Below, in pieces: positions 9,095 through 19,650 of a stretch of 64,000 bases of DNA. The stretch spans positions 305 through 64,304 of IMG/VR virus record IMGVR_UViG_3300032237_000080, one strand, 5' to 3'. The notes below the pieces were generated by a model, which was not told where the DNA came from, made no database searches, and was given only the letters and a program-made list of their open reading frames with translations. A program made the translations under genes and the position numbers. This DNA is from a virus. Its lineage: Duplodnaviria; Caudoviricetes. How positions within the stretch are numbered: position 1 is the stretch's first letter; each line of letters opens with the position of its first letter.

Positions 9095-12000
9095 TTATTG
9101 ATCTCCCAAAACTTGGCTCAGTCAGGTTTCGTGATGACCTGACTCCCGAACAGCTTGATGCTGAAGTTCAACGTCTTTCAGCAAAGTACGACTTCAAAAT
9201 TCCCAGACCAGACATTGGTCTTGGCGAAATTGCCAAGCGTGGTTTTATGCGTAGTATGGGAGAAACAGGTATCGCTTTGGGGGATACGCTTCCGGCAATG
9301 GCTGGTAGTGCGTTGGGGTATGACGAATATGCCAAGGGGCAAATGGAAGAAGCGGCAAAGAGCCGTGCGGAATTAGAAGCCAAGTACCCCACACGGTTCA
9401 AGTCGTACAAAGAAATTAGCAGTCCACGTGAAGCACTTGAGTACGGCGCTGAGACTCTTGGTGAACTCACCCCATCAGTTGCTACATCGTTAGTCCCCGG
9501 TGTTGGTTTGGAAGCTGTTGGTGGGCGTATGGCTGGGCGTGCGGCTTTAGAAGCCGCAACAATGGCAGGGCCTCCTTCACGTGCCGCTTTGCTTGGTGTG
9601 GAAGAAGCCGCAAAAGCTGGCGCACGTAAAGGTATGTATGGCGGTGTGTATCTCGGTTCACTTGCCCAAAATGCCCCCGAAGTATTTGATAATATCTATC
9701 AAGAAACAAACAAGATGGAGCCGGGTATTGCAGCATTGGCTGGTGGTATTAGTGCCGTGCTTGACTCTGCGCTCCCTGCAAAAGTGCTTGATGGTTTAGG
9801 TAAGTTTGGTCAACTTAAAGCTATTGAAGCTGTTGCTAAAAATACTGGTGCCGCACCAAAAGTTTGGAAATCTATCGGTAAAGAAGCGGCAGAAACAGCG
9901 GCTACTGAAGGTTTGACCGAAGCGGCACAAGAAGCCATATCCGTCTATGCGGAACACGTTGCTGGTAGTACCAAGGAGTTGTTCGGTAAAGAACACATGG
10001 ATCGGTTCAAAGAATCGTTTGTCAAAGGTGCGATTGGTGGTAGTGCGTTTGGTGTACCCGGTGGTTTGTCAAAAGGTCTTGCAGCAAAAGCAGAATTCAA
10101 TCGCCAACAGCAGGCAAATGAAGTTCCTCCAAACGTGCCGCCAAACGTACCACCTACACAGGGTGCGCTTTCTGCACCGCCAGAACAACTGGCAATTGCT
10201 GGCCCAGAGGAACAACTGCGTTTGGAGTATTCACCTACACCAGAGGCCCCGGCACCTACTACACCTGTCACACCAACAGAAGCTACTACAACAGCACCAG
10301 AACCAGCAGCTCCGGTAGCTGAAAGAAACATACCCAAAGAACTTGGTATGTCCACACGATCCAAAGCTGCCAAAACCATTATGGATTTGGACTTGACCAC
10401 ACCCGAAGGTGTGGAACAGCTTGTGGCTACGGTTGAAAACCCCAGCTTCAAAGGTAAGATTGAAGAAGCGGCATACAACAATTTGTTGTCAACGCTTGAC
10501 CCACAGCACGTGGAAGCCGCACGTACCAAATTAAAAGAGGTGCCGAATGTTGGACAACCTGTCAGTAAACCAAGTGGAACAAGCCCTAGCGTGGTTAGCC
10601 AGCCCGATACAGGAGCCGCCACCACAACAACTGGAGGATTTGAACCAAGTAGAGTGGTTTCTACTAAGCCGGATGTTGGAGGCGCTCCTACAGGAGAAGC
10701 AAAACCAACCGCTCCAGTAACCGAGGTAAAGAGTGAAGCTCCTACTATTGATACTGCTCCTCCTGCTGTTGCCCCTGCCGCATCTGTTGAAGGACGAGAG
10801 ACAACTACTCGCAAGACTGCTAAGACTGCCCCTGCCGAAAAGGTGGAAGCACCAACTCTTGGTAAGACTGCTAAAGATTTAGAAAAAGAACGTTTCGCCC
10901 CTGATACCGCTACGGTAGAAACCAAACTTGGTAAACCATCAGGTTTGAAAGGCGTGGACAAAGATGCCAATTCATACTTTGGCAGATTGCCCACCGAAGA
11001 AGCATTGAAGTGGATTGCCAACGATTTGGTATATCAACCCACGGCATACCGCAACTCATCCATGAAAGTGTTTGAGAACCACCCCGAAGGCCCTGAGAAT
11101 TATTTTTCTTGGGAGGGTGAGGCCGATATGTTCAAAGGTCAGGGTGGTGAACACGCCAAGAATGCTGAAAAGTGGGCACGTGCAAATTTATCCGAGACTG
11201 CTGTCAGCCATTTGGATGAGTGGATTACCCAATACAAGGCAGAGAAGCGTCGTACCGATGCCGCTGAAAAACGCAGAGCCAAACGTGACGCAATCAAGCA
11301 AGCCAGTAAAGAACAGGCTATTGATGAAGCGTTCACCACTGACACTGCTGAGAAGCAAGCTCTCAAGGATATTGAGGAAGACCTTGGCAAGAAACGCAAA
11401 GTGCCAAGAACCAAAAAAGAAAAGCGGGATGCGGCAGAACTTGCACGTCAAGCTCTTGAGGAGTTTGGCCTTGACGAAGACCTTGGCCCGTTGTTGGACT
11501 CCGACCTTGATAGCCTCCTAGCATCTCCCGACACCGCCGCTTTGCACAGCCCAGCGCACCCCGGTGTCCATAAGATGTTGGAGCGTGGCGATATTGTGGG
11601 TGCTATGCGTATGTTGGCTGATAGTGCGTCATCTGACTTTGCCAGTGAGATTGCTGGTAAGTTGCAAAAGTACCTTGGTGGTGTGAAGGTTGAGTATGGT
11701 GCAGAAAAATCCAGCTACGATCCCAAGACCAATACTATCTACTTGACGGACAACGCCACAGAGTATGAAGTTCTTCACGAGGGTGCACACGCCGCACTGT
11801 CTCATGTGTTGGCAAACCCATCACATCCAGTAACCAGACAGATGACAAATCTGTTTGAACAGGCAAAGAAAAACCTTGATGGCGGTGCGTACGGTGCAAA
11901 AAACCTACAGGAGTTTGCCGCTGAGATATGGAGTAACGAAGACTTCCGTAGCCAGTTGCAAGAGATGCAGACTGACAAACCCAAGCTGTCCATGTGGGAC

Positions 12001-14877
12001 AAGATCATTGGTGTCATTCGCAACTTCCTTGGTATGTCACCCAAGCAAACATCCGCTTTGGATGCCGCTGACCGGATGCTCAACGAAATTGTCAGCCCAC
12101 CACCAGAGACACGTACTGGTGAAACGATGTATGCACAGTCGGTACACAACCCAAGTTTGGCAAAGACCGTACTCAATACTGCTGAAAAAATAATGAACAA
12201 AGCCCCCGGCATGACCCCCGAACGGTCAGTTGAATGGCTGTCCAAAGCGGAAGGCGTGGGGGTTAGTGGTCGTCGGACTATGCGTAAATTCCTTAATCTG
12301 TCTGCACTGGGTCAGGTTGCCGAGAAGATCGTTGGCAAAGAAGCTGTTGAGTTTGCCGATAAAGTCAACGCAATGGCTGGTTACTACGACACCATGATGG
12401 AGAAGCTCCAACCGTTGCACAAGCGTTTGGAAGCCTACGCCCAAACTGACCGTTATGCTGACTGGTCAAGATTTGTTCATGAGACTACCCGTGCCGATGT
12501 TGACCCACGTGTACCTCCCAACACATACGTAGGTAGTCCAGAGAAACTCGCTGCGTATAAAGAGTTCCGCAATCATTACTACAACAAGTTGAATGATGTT
12601 GAACGCAAACTGTACGACGACACATTCAAGGCATACAGCGTATTATTTGACGAGTTGAAAGACTCTTTACGCAACAATTTGTTTACTGCGTTCCCCAACG
12701 ACAAAGATCGGGCGCTGTCTATCTATAAGAAAATCATTGACCAGATCACTGCAAAAGGTGTCGAGCACTATGTGCCGCTGTACCGCAGGGGTGACTATTT
12801 CCTGACGTACAAAGAAAAAGGCAGTGCCGACCACACCACAGAACTGTTTGAGTCTGAGATCAAACGGGACAAAGCACGCAGGGAACTGGAAGCCAAAGGT
12901 GCTACTGACTTTGAAGAAGTTTCCAAGTTCAGTGAACTCAAGGCCCGGAATGTGCCTGTAGGTTCAGTTGCTGGTCAGATCGTGAAGATCATGAAAGACG
13001 GCGGCGCGGGCGACCAAGCTGTAGATCAGTTCTTACAACTTATTGTCAGTGCAATGCCAGAGACAAGTATCCTGAAATCCTTTTCAGTTCGTAAGGGAAC
13101 ACCCGGATACATAAACGACGTAGCTTTGGCCTTCTCAAATGTGACCAGTTCAACTGCACGTCAGTTGTCACGTATGCGTTATAGCGAACAGCTACAGGGC
13201 CTCGTAGATAAGATGATTGAAAATGGCAAGGCACTGCGTGGCACAGAAAGCACGTTGGCATCTGAATTCATTGAAGAGTTTGAGGCACGCCAGAAGTACG
13301 CCATGAACCCCAACATTTCAGACTGGGCAAGATACGCCAGTACCGGCGCGTTCTATTTCAACTTAGCTGGCAACGTGTCATCTGCTGTGGTGAACTTGTT
13401 GCAAACCCCAATGATTGCATTCCCGCATTTGGGTGGTAGATATGGGTTTACAGAAACTGGCAAGGCAATGACTGCCGCCACAAAGCTGTATATGGGTAGT
13501 GGGTTGAAGCGTACTGTCACCGACATAACTGGTGAGAAAGTCGATACCCAAGCCATGCTGTCTATTGAAAACATTTTAGACACTGAAGCTGGTAAGAAAT
13601 ACAAAGACCTTATCCAAACTTTAAAAGATCAAGGTTTCCTGCAAACATCTACTGCACGTGACGCATTGGAAGCCGCAAGAAGGCCGTCTTCAGAAGAAGG
13701 TGGTAAGCGTCCTTTGGGTGAACGTGTTGCCTCGTACTCCGCTTTTATGTTCCACCACGCCGAACGTATGAACCGTGAAGTTACGGCTGTTGCCGCATAC
13801 GACTTGGAAATGGCAAAAAGTGGTGACAAAGCAAAAGCAATTGAGAAAGCCATTCGTGCTGTGGAGTTCACACACGGTGCTGGTCACACTGAATCCGGGC
13901 CGAGCATTGGTCATTCAGACATAGGTAAAGTTCTTACCGTGTTCAAGCGGTTTGGTTTCTCCATGTACTATATGTTGTTTGACACTATGCGTCGTGCTGA
14001 ACTGCAAAAGCTGTTCTCCGTATCAAGCGAAGAAGCCAAGATTGCAAGACGGCAGTTGGCGGGTGTGTACTTCATGGCTGGTATGTTTGCTGGTGCTAAG
14101 GGTTTACCCATGTATTGGGTGGCACAGATGGCATATGACGCAGTGCATGATGACGATGAAGACGACTTTGACACTATGGCACGTAAGTACATGGGTGAGT
14201 TGGCATTCAAAGGGCCTGTCAACTACTTTACCAATCTGGGCATTGCTGACCGTGTGGGTTGGACAGACTTGATCTACCGTGAAAACAAAGGCGGTAAAGC
14301 AGATGCAAGTGCGTTGAGTCAAATCATGGAAGGCATATTGGGTGCACCTTATGCCATTGCGAACAGCGCATTCCGTGCAAAAGAGTTGGCGGCTGAAGGT
14401 CACTACGAACGTGCAATCGAAACCATGTTGCCTGTGGCACTCCGCAATCCGTTGAAGGGTGTGCGTTACGCTGTCGAAGGTGCCAATACTTTACGTGGTG
14501 ACCCAGTAATGGGTGATATAAATGGTTACAACGCCGCAATGCAGGTAATGGGTTTTGCTCCGGCAGACTTGTTGAAACAGTACGAAATCAACGCATACGA
14601 AAAGCGTCTGGACAAGGCTACGATAGGTGAGAGCAAGAAACTGCTCAAGCAATATTACGTAGCGCAACGTGCGGGGGATGATGACCGTGCGGATGCAATA
14701 CTGGACAAGTTGTTTGCCCTGAGTGATAAACACAATTTGGGTGTTACACAAGACACTGTGAACAGGTCAGTCAAAGCACGTGATCGTATATCTGACCAAG
14801 AAATGTATCACGGTGTGCAGGTCAACAAGAAGATTCGGGATGAATTTGAGCAAAGTATTGCTGACTTGGAAGACTGA
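9091..14877 (+). CDS. Giant internal virion / polyvalent-type protein with a zincin-like HExxH motif
   Basis: 1928 aa; Ala/Gly-rich N-terminus, Pro/Thr/Ala linker, VLHEGAH at 11776-11790 plus downstream LQEFAAE; last gene of the late arm. Confidence 0.65.
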   Translation: MIIDLPKLGSVRFRDDLTPEQLDAEVQRLSAKYDFKIPRPDIGLGEIAKRGFMRSMGETGIALGDTLPAMAGSALGYDEYAKGQMEEAAKSRAELEAKYPTRFKSYKEISSPREALEYGAETLGELTPSVATSLVPGVGLEAVGGRMAGRAALEAATMAGPPSRAALLGVEEAAKAGARKGMYGGVYLGSLAQNAPEVFDNIYQETNKMEPGIAALAGGISAVLDSALPAKVLDGLGKFGQLKAIEAVAKNTGAAPKVWKSIGKEAAETAATEGLTEAAQEAISVYAEHVAGSTKELFGKEHMDRFKESFVKGAIGGSAFGVPGGLSKGLAAKAEFNRQQQANEVPPNVPPNVPPTQGALSAPPEQLAIAGPEEQLRLEYSPTPEAPAPTTPVTPTEATTTAPEPAAPVAERNIPKELGMSTRSKAAKTIMDLDLTTPEGVEQLVATVENPSFKGKIEEAAYNNLLSTLDPQHVEAARTKLKEVPNVGQPVSKPSGTSPSVVSQPDTGAATTTTGGFEPSRVVSTKPDVGGAPTGEAKPTAPVTEVKSEAPTIDTAPPAVAPAASVEGRETTTRKTAKTAPAEKVEAPTLGKTAKDLEKERFAPDTATVETKLGKPSGLKGVDKDANSYFGRLPTEEALKWIANDLVYQPTAYRNSSMKVFENHPEGPENYFSWEGEADMFKGQGGEHAKNAEKWARANLSETAVSHLDEWITQYKAEKRRTDAAEKRRAKRDAIKQASKEQAIDEAFTTDTAEKQALKDIEEDLGKKRKVPRTKKEKRDAAELARQALEEFGLDEDLGPLLDSDLDSLLASPDTAALHSPAHPGVHKMLERGDIVGAMRMLADSASSDFASEIAGKLQKYLGGVKVEYGAEKSSYDPKTNTIYLTDNATEYEVLHEGAHAALSHVLANPSHPVTRQMTNLFEQAKKNLDGGAYGAKNLQEFAAEIWSNEDFRSQLQEMQTDKPKLSMWDKIIGVIRNFLGMSPKQTSALDAADRMLNEIVSPPPETRTGETMYAQSVHNPSLAKTVLNTAEKIMNKAPGMTPERSVEWLSKAEGVGVSGRRTMRKFLNLSALGQVAEKIVGKEAVEFADKVNAMAGYYDTMMEKLQPLHKRLEAYAQTDRYADWSRFVHETTRADVDPRVPPNTYVGSPEKLAAYKEFRNHYYNKLNDVERKLYDDTFKAYSVLFDELKDSLRNNLFTAFPNDKDRALSIYKKIIDQITAKGVEHYVPLYRRGDYFLTYKEKGSADHTTELFESEIKRDKARRELEAKGATDFEEVSKFSELKARNVPVGSVAGQIVKIMKDGGAGDQAVDQFLQLIVSAMPETSILKSFSVRKGTPGYINDVALAFSNVTSSTARQLSRMRYSEQLQGLVDKMIENGKALRGTESTLASEFIEEFEARQKYAMNPNISDWARYASTGAFYFNLAGNVSSAVVNLLQTPMIAFPHLGGRYGFTETGKAMTAATKLYMGSGLKRTVTDITGEKVDTQAMLSIENILDTEAGKKYKDLIQTLKDQGFLQTSTARDALEAARRPSSEEGGKRPLGERVASYSAFMFHHAERMNREVTAVAAYDLEMAKSGDKAKAIEKAIRAVEFTHGAGHTESGPSIGHSDIGKVLTVFKRFGFSMYYMLFDTMRRAELQKLFSVSSEEAKIARRQLAGVYFMAGMFAGAKGLPMYWVAQMAYDAVHDDDEDDFDTMARKYMGELAFKGPVNYFTNLGIADRVGWTDLIYRENKGGKADASALSQIMEGILGAPYAIANSAFRAKELAAEGHYERAIETMLPVALRNPLKGVRYAVEGANTLRGDPVMGDINGYNAAMQVMGFAPADLLKQYEINAYEKRLDKATIGESKKLLKQYYVAQRAGDDDRADAILDKLFALSDKHNLGVTQDTVNRSVKARDRISDQEMYHGVQVNKKIRDEFEQSIADLED

Positions 14878-14906
14878 AAAAAAGCCCCCGATTTTTGGTC
14901 GGGGGC
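14877..14906 (-). terminator. Rho-independent terminator for the leftward replication operon
   Basis: Stem GCCCCCGA (14884-14891) / TCGGGGGC (14899-14906) preceded by an A7 run on plus (U-tract on minus); sits at the convergence point. Confidence 0.75.
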
Positions 14907-14968
14907 AATAGGAGAGTAGCAACTGAAGGAGAGAGGGAGATCAGTGCTAGGCGAACTCTAACACAAGA

Positions 14969-15172
14969 TCATTTTACCCGCCAGACCCTTACCCCTTGTG
15001 TACTCCCCTCGGAACGAATTTGAAACTTGACTTTCATACCTCGTTCACTGGCTGTTCGTTTTATATCCTCTGCCAACGTGTCGGGCGTTAGTGTAGGTAT
15101 ATAGAATGAACTACCAACTACGAATTTATGCCACTCAATAATGACTAGCAATCCGCTATTGTAAATCGACAT
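14969..15172 (-). CDS. Hypothetical protein
   Basis: 67 aa; start overlaps the end of the primase-helicase gene. Confidence 0.6.
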   Translation of the reverse strand: MSIYNSGLLVIIEWHKFVVGSSFYIPTLTPDTLAEDIKRTASERGMKVKFQIRSEGSTQGVRVWRVK

Positions 15173-18041
15173 TACTCGGTACAGGGGATGATGGTTCTTC
15201 TGGGTCTAAAGCTGTTGCTTTCCTGCAATCAATTACCAATGCACTTACCGCCGGTGTGGACATATCTGACCCACGTGACATGGCTTTCTTGACGACACCG
15301 TGGCACGCACCCATCGTTGATAACTCATCCGTCAACCCTTTGTAGGAAACTTGATTTTTGCTACACCACTCCCGCAAAAGCTTGACGGTAATAAACAATT
15401 GCTTTGTATCAGGTTCGAATCGGGTGATAAGTTCCCCACGTGGTTCCCGCACTGGTGCTTCAATCAGCCCTGAGCGTTTGTCCACAGTGCTGTTAACAAT
15501 CAACATATTGTTGTTGTGTTCATTTAAGAACAGGCCCAGATGAGCCAGTGGGCCAGCCACACCCGGACGTATCTCCACACGCATACGCTTCAAGGTATTC
15601 ACGATCCATTCGTACACCGCACTCACGTCAATGTCGTGTAGACCGAGCTTCTTGGTGATGATGCCGGACGTGATGGTGCAAGCCGCAGTTGCTGACCAAT
15701 ACCTTTCACGCTGAGTAAGGCCAGCCGCTTTGTCAAGTTTGCGTTGGACTTTGAGCAACATCTTCTTGACTTCGGGGAGGTTGGCAATAACGTACCGCAT
15801 GAATACTTCACCCGCCACACCAAAGTTTTCGTACATCCCAACAAATGCTTCATCAGACTCAGCCTTGGACATATTGTCGTTCTTGGAGACATTGAACTCC
15901 AGTACCCGCATCAGTTCGCCCTCTGGAAAATCCTTGAGATTGAACAGTTGATCGTACAAACTCTTATTGCCTGACGTGATGGCAAACAAAGACCAGCGCA
16001 AAGTATTGCTACGTTCTGCATTAACTTGTGACTGCATACGATTGCGACCCCTGCCGTGCGTAATACCGTACGCCATATTGCTGACTTCCTCGTCAGGCAT
16101 ATTGGTCAACTCATCAATCGTTGCGGGTAAATTACCCATGACTGAAATACGGTGCATACGTGCAAGGTACTTGTCTTCCTGATTCATCATGATCTCAAGT
16201 GGGCGACCCCAAATGCTGTTGACCATGTACTGAATGGTTGTCTTACCTGTGCCCGAGCTATTGTTTGTCAGGTGAATAATCGCACCACTTAACTTAGTGA
16301 ATTTGAATAAGGTAGACCCAAACCCAGCGAACAAAGTAAACGCCCTAACCTCGTTGCCTTTGCGTGCATAGTTATTTGCTATCTTTGCCCATTCATTGAT
16401 AGTTCCTTTCTTCTGGTACATACTCGCCAGTTCTAGCGTTGCCGTAGATGATGGGCTATAGTTCACCCCAGTGGCAGTAATCTCACGGTTGCCAACGACA
16501 AACTTAGTATCGTTTTCGCACCAACCAAATTGTTGTCGTGCCTTCTCAGCTTCCGACAGTTGTTGTAGTTCACCTACCCATCTTGTTACGTATGCCATAA
16601 GTCCATCCAGTTTTTTGTTGTACGCAGTTACACCCTGATATGCCAGCACTTCACGGAATTTATCTTTGGACAAGATACTTGCCAGTGGTGCAGAAAATTC
16701 TCGAATGCCATCCTTGGGCATATGTAGACGCATCCATAGCGACTCACCCGCATCAGGGTCAGTCAGCCTTTTGACCACATACAAGTCGTACTCATATATG
16801 AGGTGGTCACGTTCTTCTTCAGTTTCTTCGTCATCATCTTTCTTTTTCTTTTTTGCTGATGGTAGTCCACGTTTGTATACCCCGCCATTCTTGCCACGGA
16901 AATACGGAAACGGATACTCAGGAATCTCAACGGTTATATCTTCTTCCAACGTAGCGTTACGCATGACAACGATGTTGTCTTCTGCTTTCGCTTCTGCAAT
17001 CTGTGCACCAATCTGTATGGGAGAAGTTATTGTGCCTTTGTTGGGGCAGTCGGCACACCCCTCGGGATACAAACCGCCAAATGTTGCACACTTGTATGGC
17101 TTACCAATCAAAGACTGCGCTTTGTCGTGCGTATCTTTAGGGTCATATTCATCATGTCCATGCGAAATCTTGTGAATAGCCAACTCACCGTCTTCACAGT
17201 TCACAGCGATTGATAAACCCGCTCTCCACAATGGCTCGTCAATTTCTTGTTGGTTTCTATAAATACGTACAAGTTGTGCACACCCCTTACCTTGTGCGCT
17301 CTTTCGCATGATTGCACCAAACCTTGACACGCTGTTCCCCATCAAAGCTCTGGTGGTGGCATCTATTGGACGGCGATGTACGGGTGCGGCAAACGGTAGT
17401 TCAACAGAATCTGCATCATCTTCATCGTCGGGGCCTGCACCTACTATCGCTCTGAACCTATCGAATGTTATAGGTTGCGAGTTAAGCATCACATCTACCG
17501 ACAACGGTGGTGAATCTTTGTAGTTCAATGTTTCTGGAATACGTAGTATCCGTGCCGCATCAGCCGTGACAGAGGGGTCAGCATGAAGGTGGTAAGCCGC
17601 ACAGAATTTCTTGAACGCTTCGGCAGTGGGTTTCCAATCGTTGTAAAAGATTGGTGCTGTGAGTATCCAGTAAACGTGCACGCCACGTCCTGAGTTCACG
17701 ATTGTCGGGCGGGGAAGTCCGGTGTCCGTTACAAACTGCTTGAGTGCATCTAAAGCAACCGTCTGTGTTTCGTATGGTTTGTTTTCACCACAATCAAGGT
17801 CAAGCCAAAAGGCTTTGAACCACTTTGCGTTTTTTGCTACCCGCCCCTCTGAGGCGTTCAAATATTTCGCACACCCAAAATATGTGTCGAATCCTTGAGC
17901 AATCAAACCATCTACTACACCGTCGATCTCTTCAACTGTCTCAACAAAAGTTTGTCTTGGCGCACCTTTCTTCAGCCCCACTATGCAGTACATACCGTCG
18001 TCGGCAAGCACTGATGAGAGAAAGGGAATCCTTGAGGTCAT
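15156..18041 (-). CDS. Primase-helicase (RepB/AEP-like primase, Cys cluster, DUF927-like P-loop helicase)
   Basis: KAFWLDLD, VNSGRGVHVYW, DAARILRIP; CATF...GCADCP; Walker A SSGTGKTT; Walker B TIDE. Confidence 0.8.
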   Translation of the reverse strand: MTSRIPFLSSVLADDGMYCIVGLKKGAPRQTFVETVEEIDGVVDGLIAQGFDTYFGCAKYLNASEGRVAKNAKWFKAFWLDLDCGENKPYETQTVALDALKQFVTDTGLPRPTIVNSGRGVHVYWILTAPIFYNDWKPTAEAFKKFCAAYHLHADPSVTADAARILRIPETLNYKDSPPLSVDVMLNSQPITFDRFRAIVGAGPDDEDDADSVELPFAAPVHRRPIDATTRALMGNSVSRFGAIMRKSAQGKGCAQLVRIYRNQQEIDEPLWRAGLSIAVNCEDGELAIHKISHGHDEYDPKDTHDKAQSLIGKPYKCATFGGLYPEGCADCPNKGTITSPIQIGAQIAEAKAEDNIVVMRNATLEEDITVEIPEYPFPYFRGKNGGVYKRGLPSAKKKKKDDDEETEEERDHLIYEYDLYVVKRLTDPDAGESLWMRLHMPKDGIREFSAPLASILSKDKFREVLAYQGVTAYNKKLDGLMAYVTRWVGELQQLSEAEKARQQFGWCENDTKFVVGNREITATGVNYSPSSTATLELASMYQKKGTINEWAKIANNYARKGNEVRAFTLFAGFGSTLFKFTKLSGAIIHLTNNSSGTGKTTIQYMVNSIWGRPLEIMMNQEDKYLARMHRISVMGNLPATIDELTNMPDEEVSNMAYGITHGRGRNRMQSQVNAERSNTLRWSLFAITSGNKSLYDQLFNLKDFPEGELMRVLEFNVSKNDNMSKAESDEAFVGMYENFGVAGEVFMRYVIANLPEVKKMLLKVQRKLDKAAGLTQRERYWSATAACTITSGIITKKLGLHDIDVSAVYEWIVNTLKRMRVEIRPGVAGPLAHLGLFLNEHNNNMLIVNSTVDKRSGLIEAPVREPRGELITRFEPDTKQLFITVKLLREWCSKNQVSYKGLTDELSTMGACHGVVKKAMSRGSDMSTPAVSALVIDCRKATALDPEEPSSPVPSNVDLQ

Positions 18042-18085
18042 TGTTCGCTCTTGTTATAACCATCACTTGCTGGCGGCAAGTGTGA

Positions 18086-18337
18086 TTAGATTGGGTTGTA
18101 TTTGTCTTTTAGCTTTTTGGTAACTTCTTCGATCTTCAAGCGCATATCAGGGTGGGGTTTGGATTTACCCAAGAACCACAGATAAACAGCTTGGCGAGAA
18201 ACACCAAGAAACTCTGCTACATCAAGGACTGGTATGTCCCTGTCAATGCAAACACGTCCTAACTTCACCCCGATGTGAGATTGGTCAGCTTTCTTATTGG
18301 CTGTGATGTATTTGCGAGAATAACCTCTGTTATTCAT
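18086..18337 (-). CDS. XRE-like helix-turn-helix DNA-binding protein
   Basis: VLDVAEFLGVSRQAVYLWFLGKSKP matches the HTH pattern; ATG at 18337 preferred. Confidence 0.7.
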   Translation of the reverse strand: MNNRGYSRKYITANKKADQSHIGVKLGRVCIDRDIPVLDVAEFLGVSRQAVYLWFLGKSKPHPDMRLKIEEVTKKLKDKYNPI

Positions 18338-18756
18338 TTTTGGATTGCTCCGTAGTTGTTCCAATACTCTTTATCAAGCACAACGTCTTTGATACTTCCT
18401 ATTGATACTTGCATTGAATCAGTTTCAACTACTATTCCGTTCCTGCACCAAATAACTTTTGGTACAACGTGTGTCCCTGCAAGAAAGTCTTTGCCCTCCT
18501 GAGTAATGCGGTATAGACCCGAACGTGGCGCACCATGTTCTGCTAAACCAAACCACACCAATCTTGACACGTGTGCCCTTGCACGGTACGGCGCTCTAGT
18601 AACGCTGTCCCCATGAAATGCACCATGCCCTTCTTGCACGTGCACCCAGTCATCAGCTTTAGCCAAAATCTCAAGCATTGCCACTTTTGATTTGCACATC
18701 CGATGCGGGTTCAGCTTTTTTATTGTTTGCCCACAACATACGCATGATGGTTTCAT
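18334..18756 (-). CDS. Hypothetical protein (N-terminal CxxC, possible winged helix)
   Basis: MKPSCVCCGQ start after a GGAG RBS; C-terminal YRITQEGKDFL is wHTH-like. Confidence 0.5.
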   Translation of the reverse strand: MKPSCVCCGQTIKKLNPHRMCKSKVAMLEILAKADDWVHVQEGHGAFHGDSVTRAPYRARAHVSRLVWFGLAEHGAPRSGLYRITQEGKDFLAGTHVVPKVIWCRNGIVVETDSMQVSIGSIKDVVLDKEYWNNYGAIQK

Positions 18757-18773
18757 TGTTAATCTCCCATATA

Positions 18774-18791
18774 GGGCGGGTTTCCCCGCCC
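18774..18791 (-). terminator. GC-rich hairpin GGGCGGG-GAAA-CCCGCCC just after the SSB-like stop codon
   Basis: Perfect 7-bp stem with a GNRA loop on the minus-strand RNA. No U-tract, so it may be an mRNA-stabilising hairpin. Confidence 0.45.
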
Positions 18792-18798
18792 CGATCAA

Positions 18799-19650
18799 TT
18801 ACTCAGCCCAGTCGTCCAAGATTTCAGACACATCTTTCGGTGCGGCTTTCTTGGTGCGCTTGGTTGGCTCTGGCTCGGCAACAGCTTCTGCCTTTGGTTC
18901 TGCTTTGGGTGCTGACTTTGCACCGTCCAACATTGCAGGGTTGTTGGCAATTGCAGTCTTCGCTTCAGCAGACTCACCTTTTGTTTGGGCAGTTGCCAAC
19001 TCATCGACTTCCAACGGACGCACTGCCTTGAACGTCAACTTGGGTGTAGCACTTGCTGTATCAAAACGCATCTCAGTAACTACTGACGTGACAGGCAAAC
19101 CATGACCGCCCAAAAACTGAGCGTAGGCTTGCAGTGGCATTTTGCTATTCTCTGCTTTACCAAAGATTGACTGTGCGGGTAATGTCAGTTGGTATACATC
19201 ACCTTGCAAGTCGTTCTCAAGTGTAACTGCCAAGCGTTGGCTGTAACGGCAAGCACGTCCTTTGCCCTGTTCGGCAGACCCTGCGATGTTTTGTGGGCAT
19301 GATGCACACTTCCCTGCTTGTGGTTCGCTGACCTTTGAGTCAGGTGTAATGCCGTCGTTTGACCAACAGCTTGGGGCAATGTTTTTGCCTTCTTCATATG
19401 TTCCCTCGTAATAACTACGTGACACGTGTGCGTTAGCCGCAACGATCACAACATTCATTGCACGCTCTTCGTTCTGTGCAATTTCTTTACCATCAACAAT
19501 CATACGGAATACACCGCCACGAATTGAGATACGCTTACCAGAACCGCCACCACCTGACCCCATCAAGGCTTTGGTTGTTGCGTCCAGTTCAAGGTTACGC
19601 AAGTGTGCGGGAAGTGTATTGCCGCTTGAAAAAAGTGTGAGTTCAGACAT
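18799..19650 (-). CDS. Putative single-stranded DNA-binding protein
   Basis: 283 aa in the replication operon; conserved-looking core, Ala/Pro/Lys/Glu linker, acidic-aromatic tail ILDDWAE. Confidence 0.55.
   Translation of the reverse strand: MSELTLFSSGNTLPAHLRNLELDATTKALMGSGGGGSGKRISIRGGVFRMIVDGKEIAQNEERAMNVVIVAANAHVSRSYYEGTYEEGKNIAPSCWSNDGITPDSKVSEPQAGKCASCPQNIAGSAEQGKGRACRYSQRLAVTLENDLQGDVYQLTLPAQSIFGKAENSKMPLQAYAQFLGGHGLPVTSVVTEMRFDTASATPKLTFKAVRPLEVDELATAQTKGESAEAKTAIANNPAMLDGAKSAPKAEPKAEAVAEPEPTKRTKKAAPKDVSEILDDWAE

Noticed and set aside
9945-11021. 358-aa antisense ORF inside the giant gene
   Set aside because: Same-register shadow of a Pro/Thr/Ala-rich region; no recognisable motifs.
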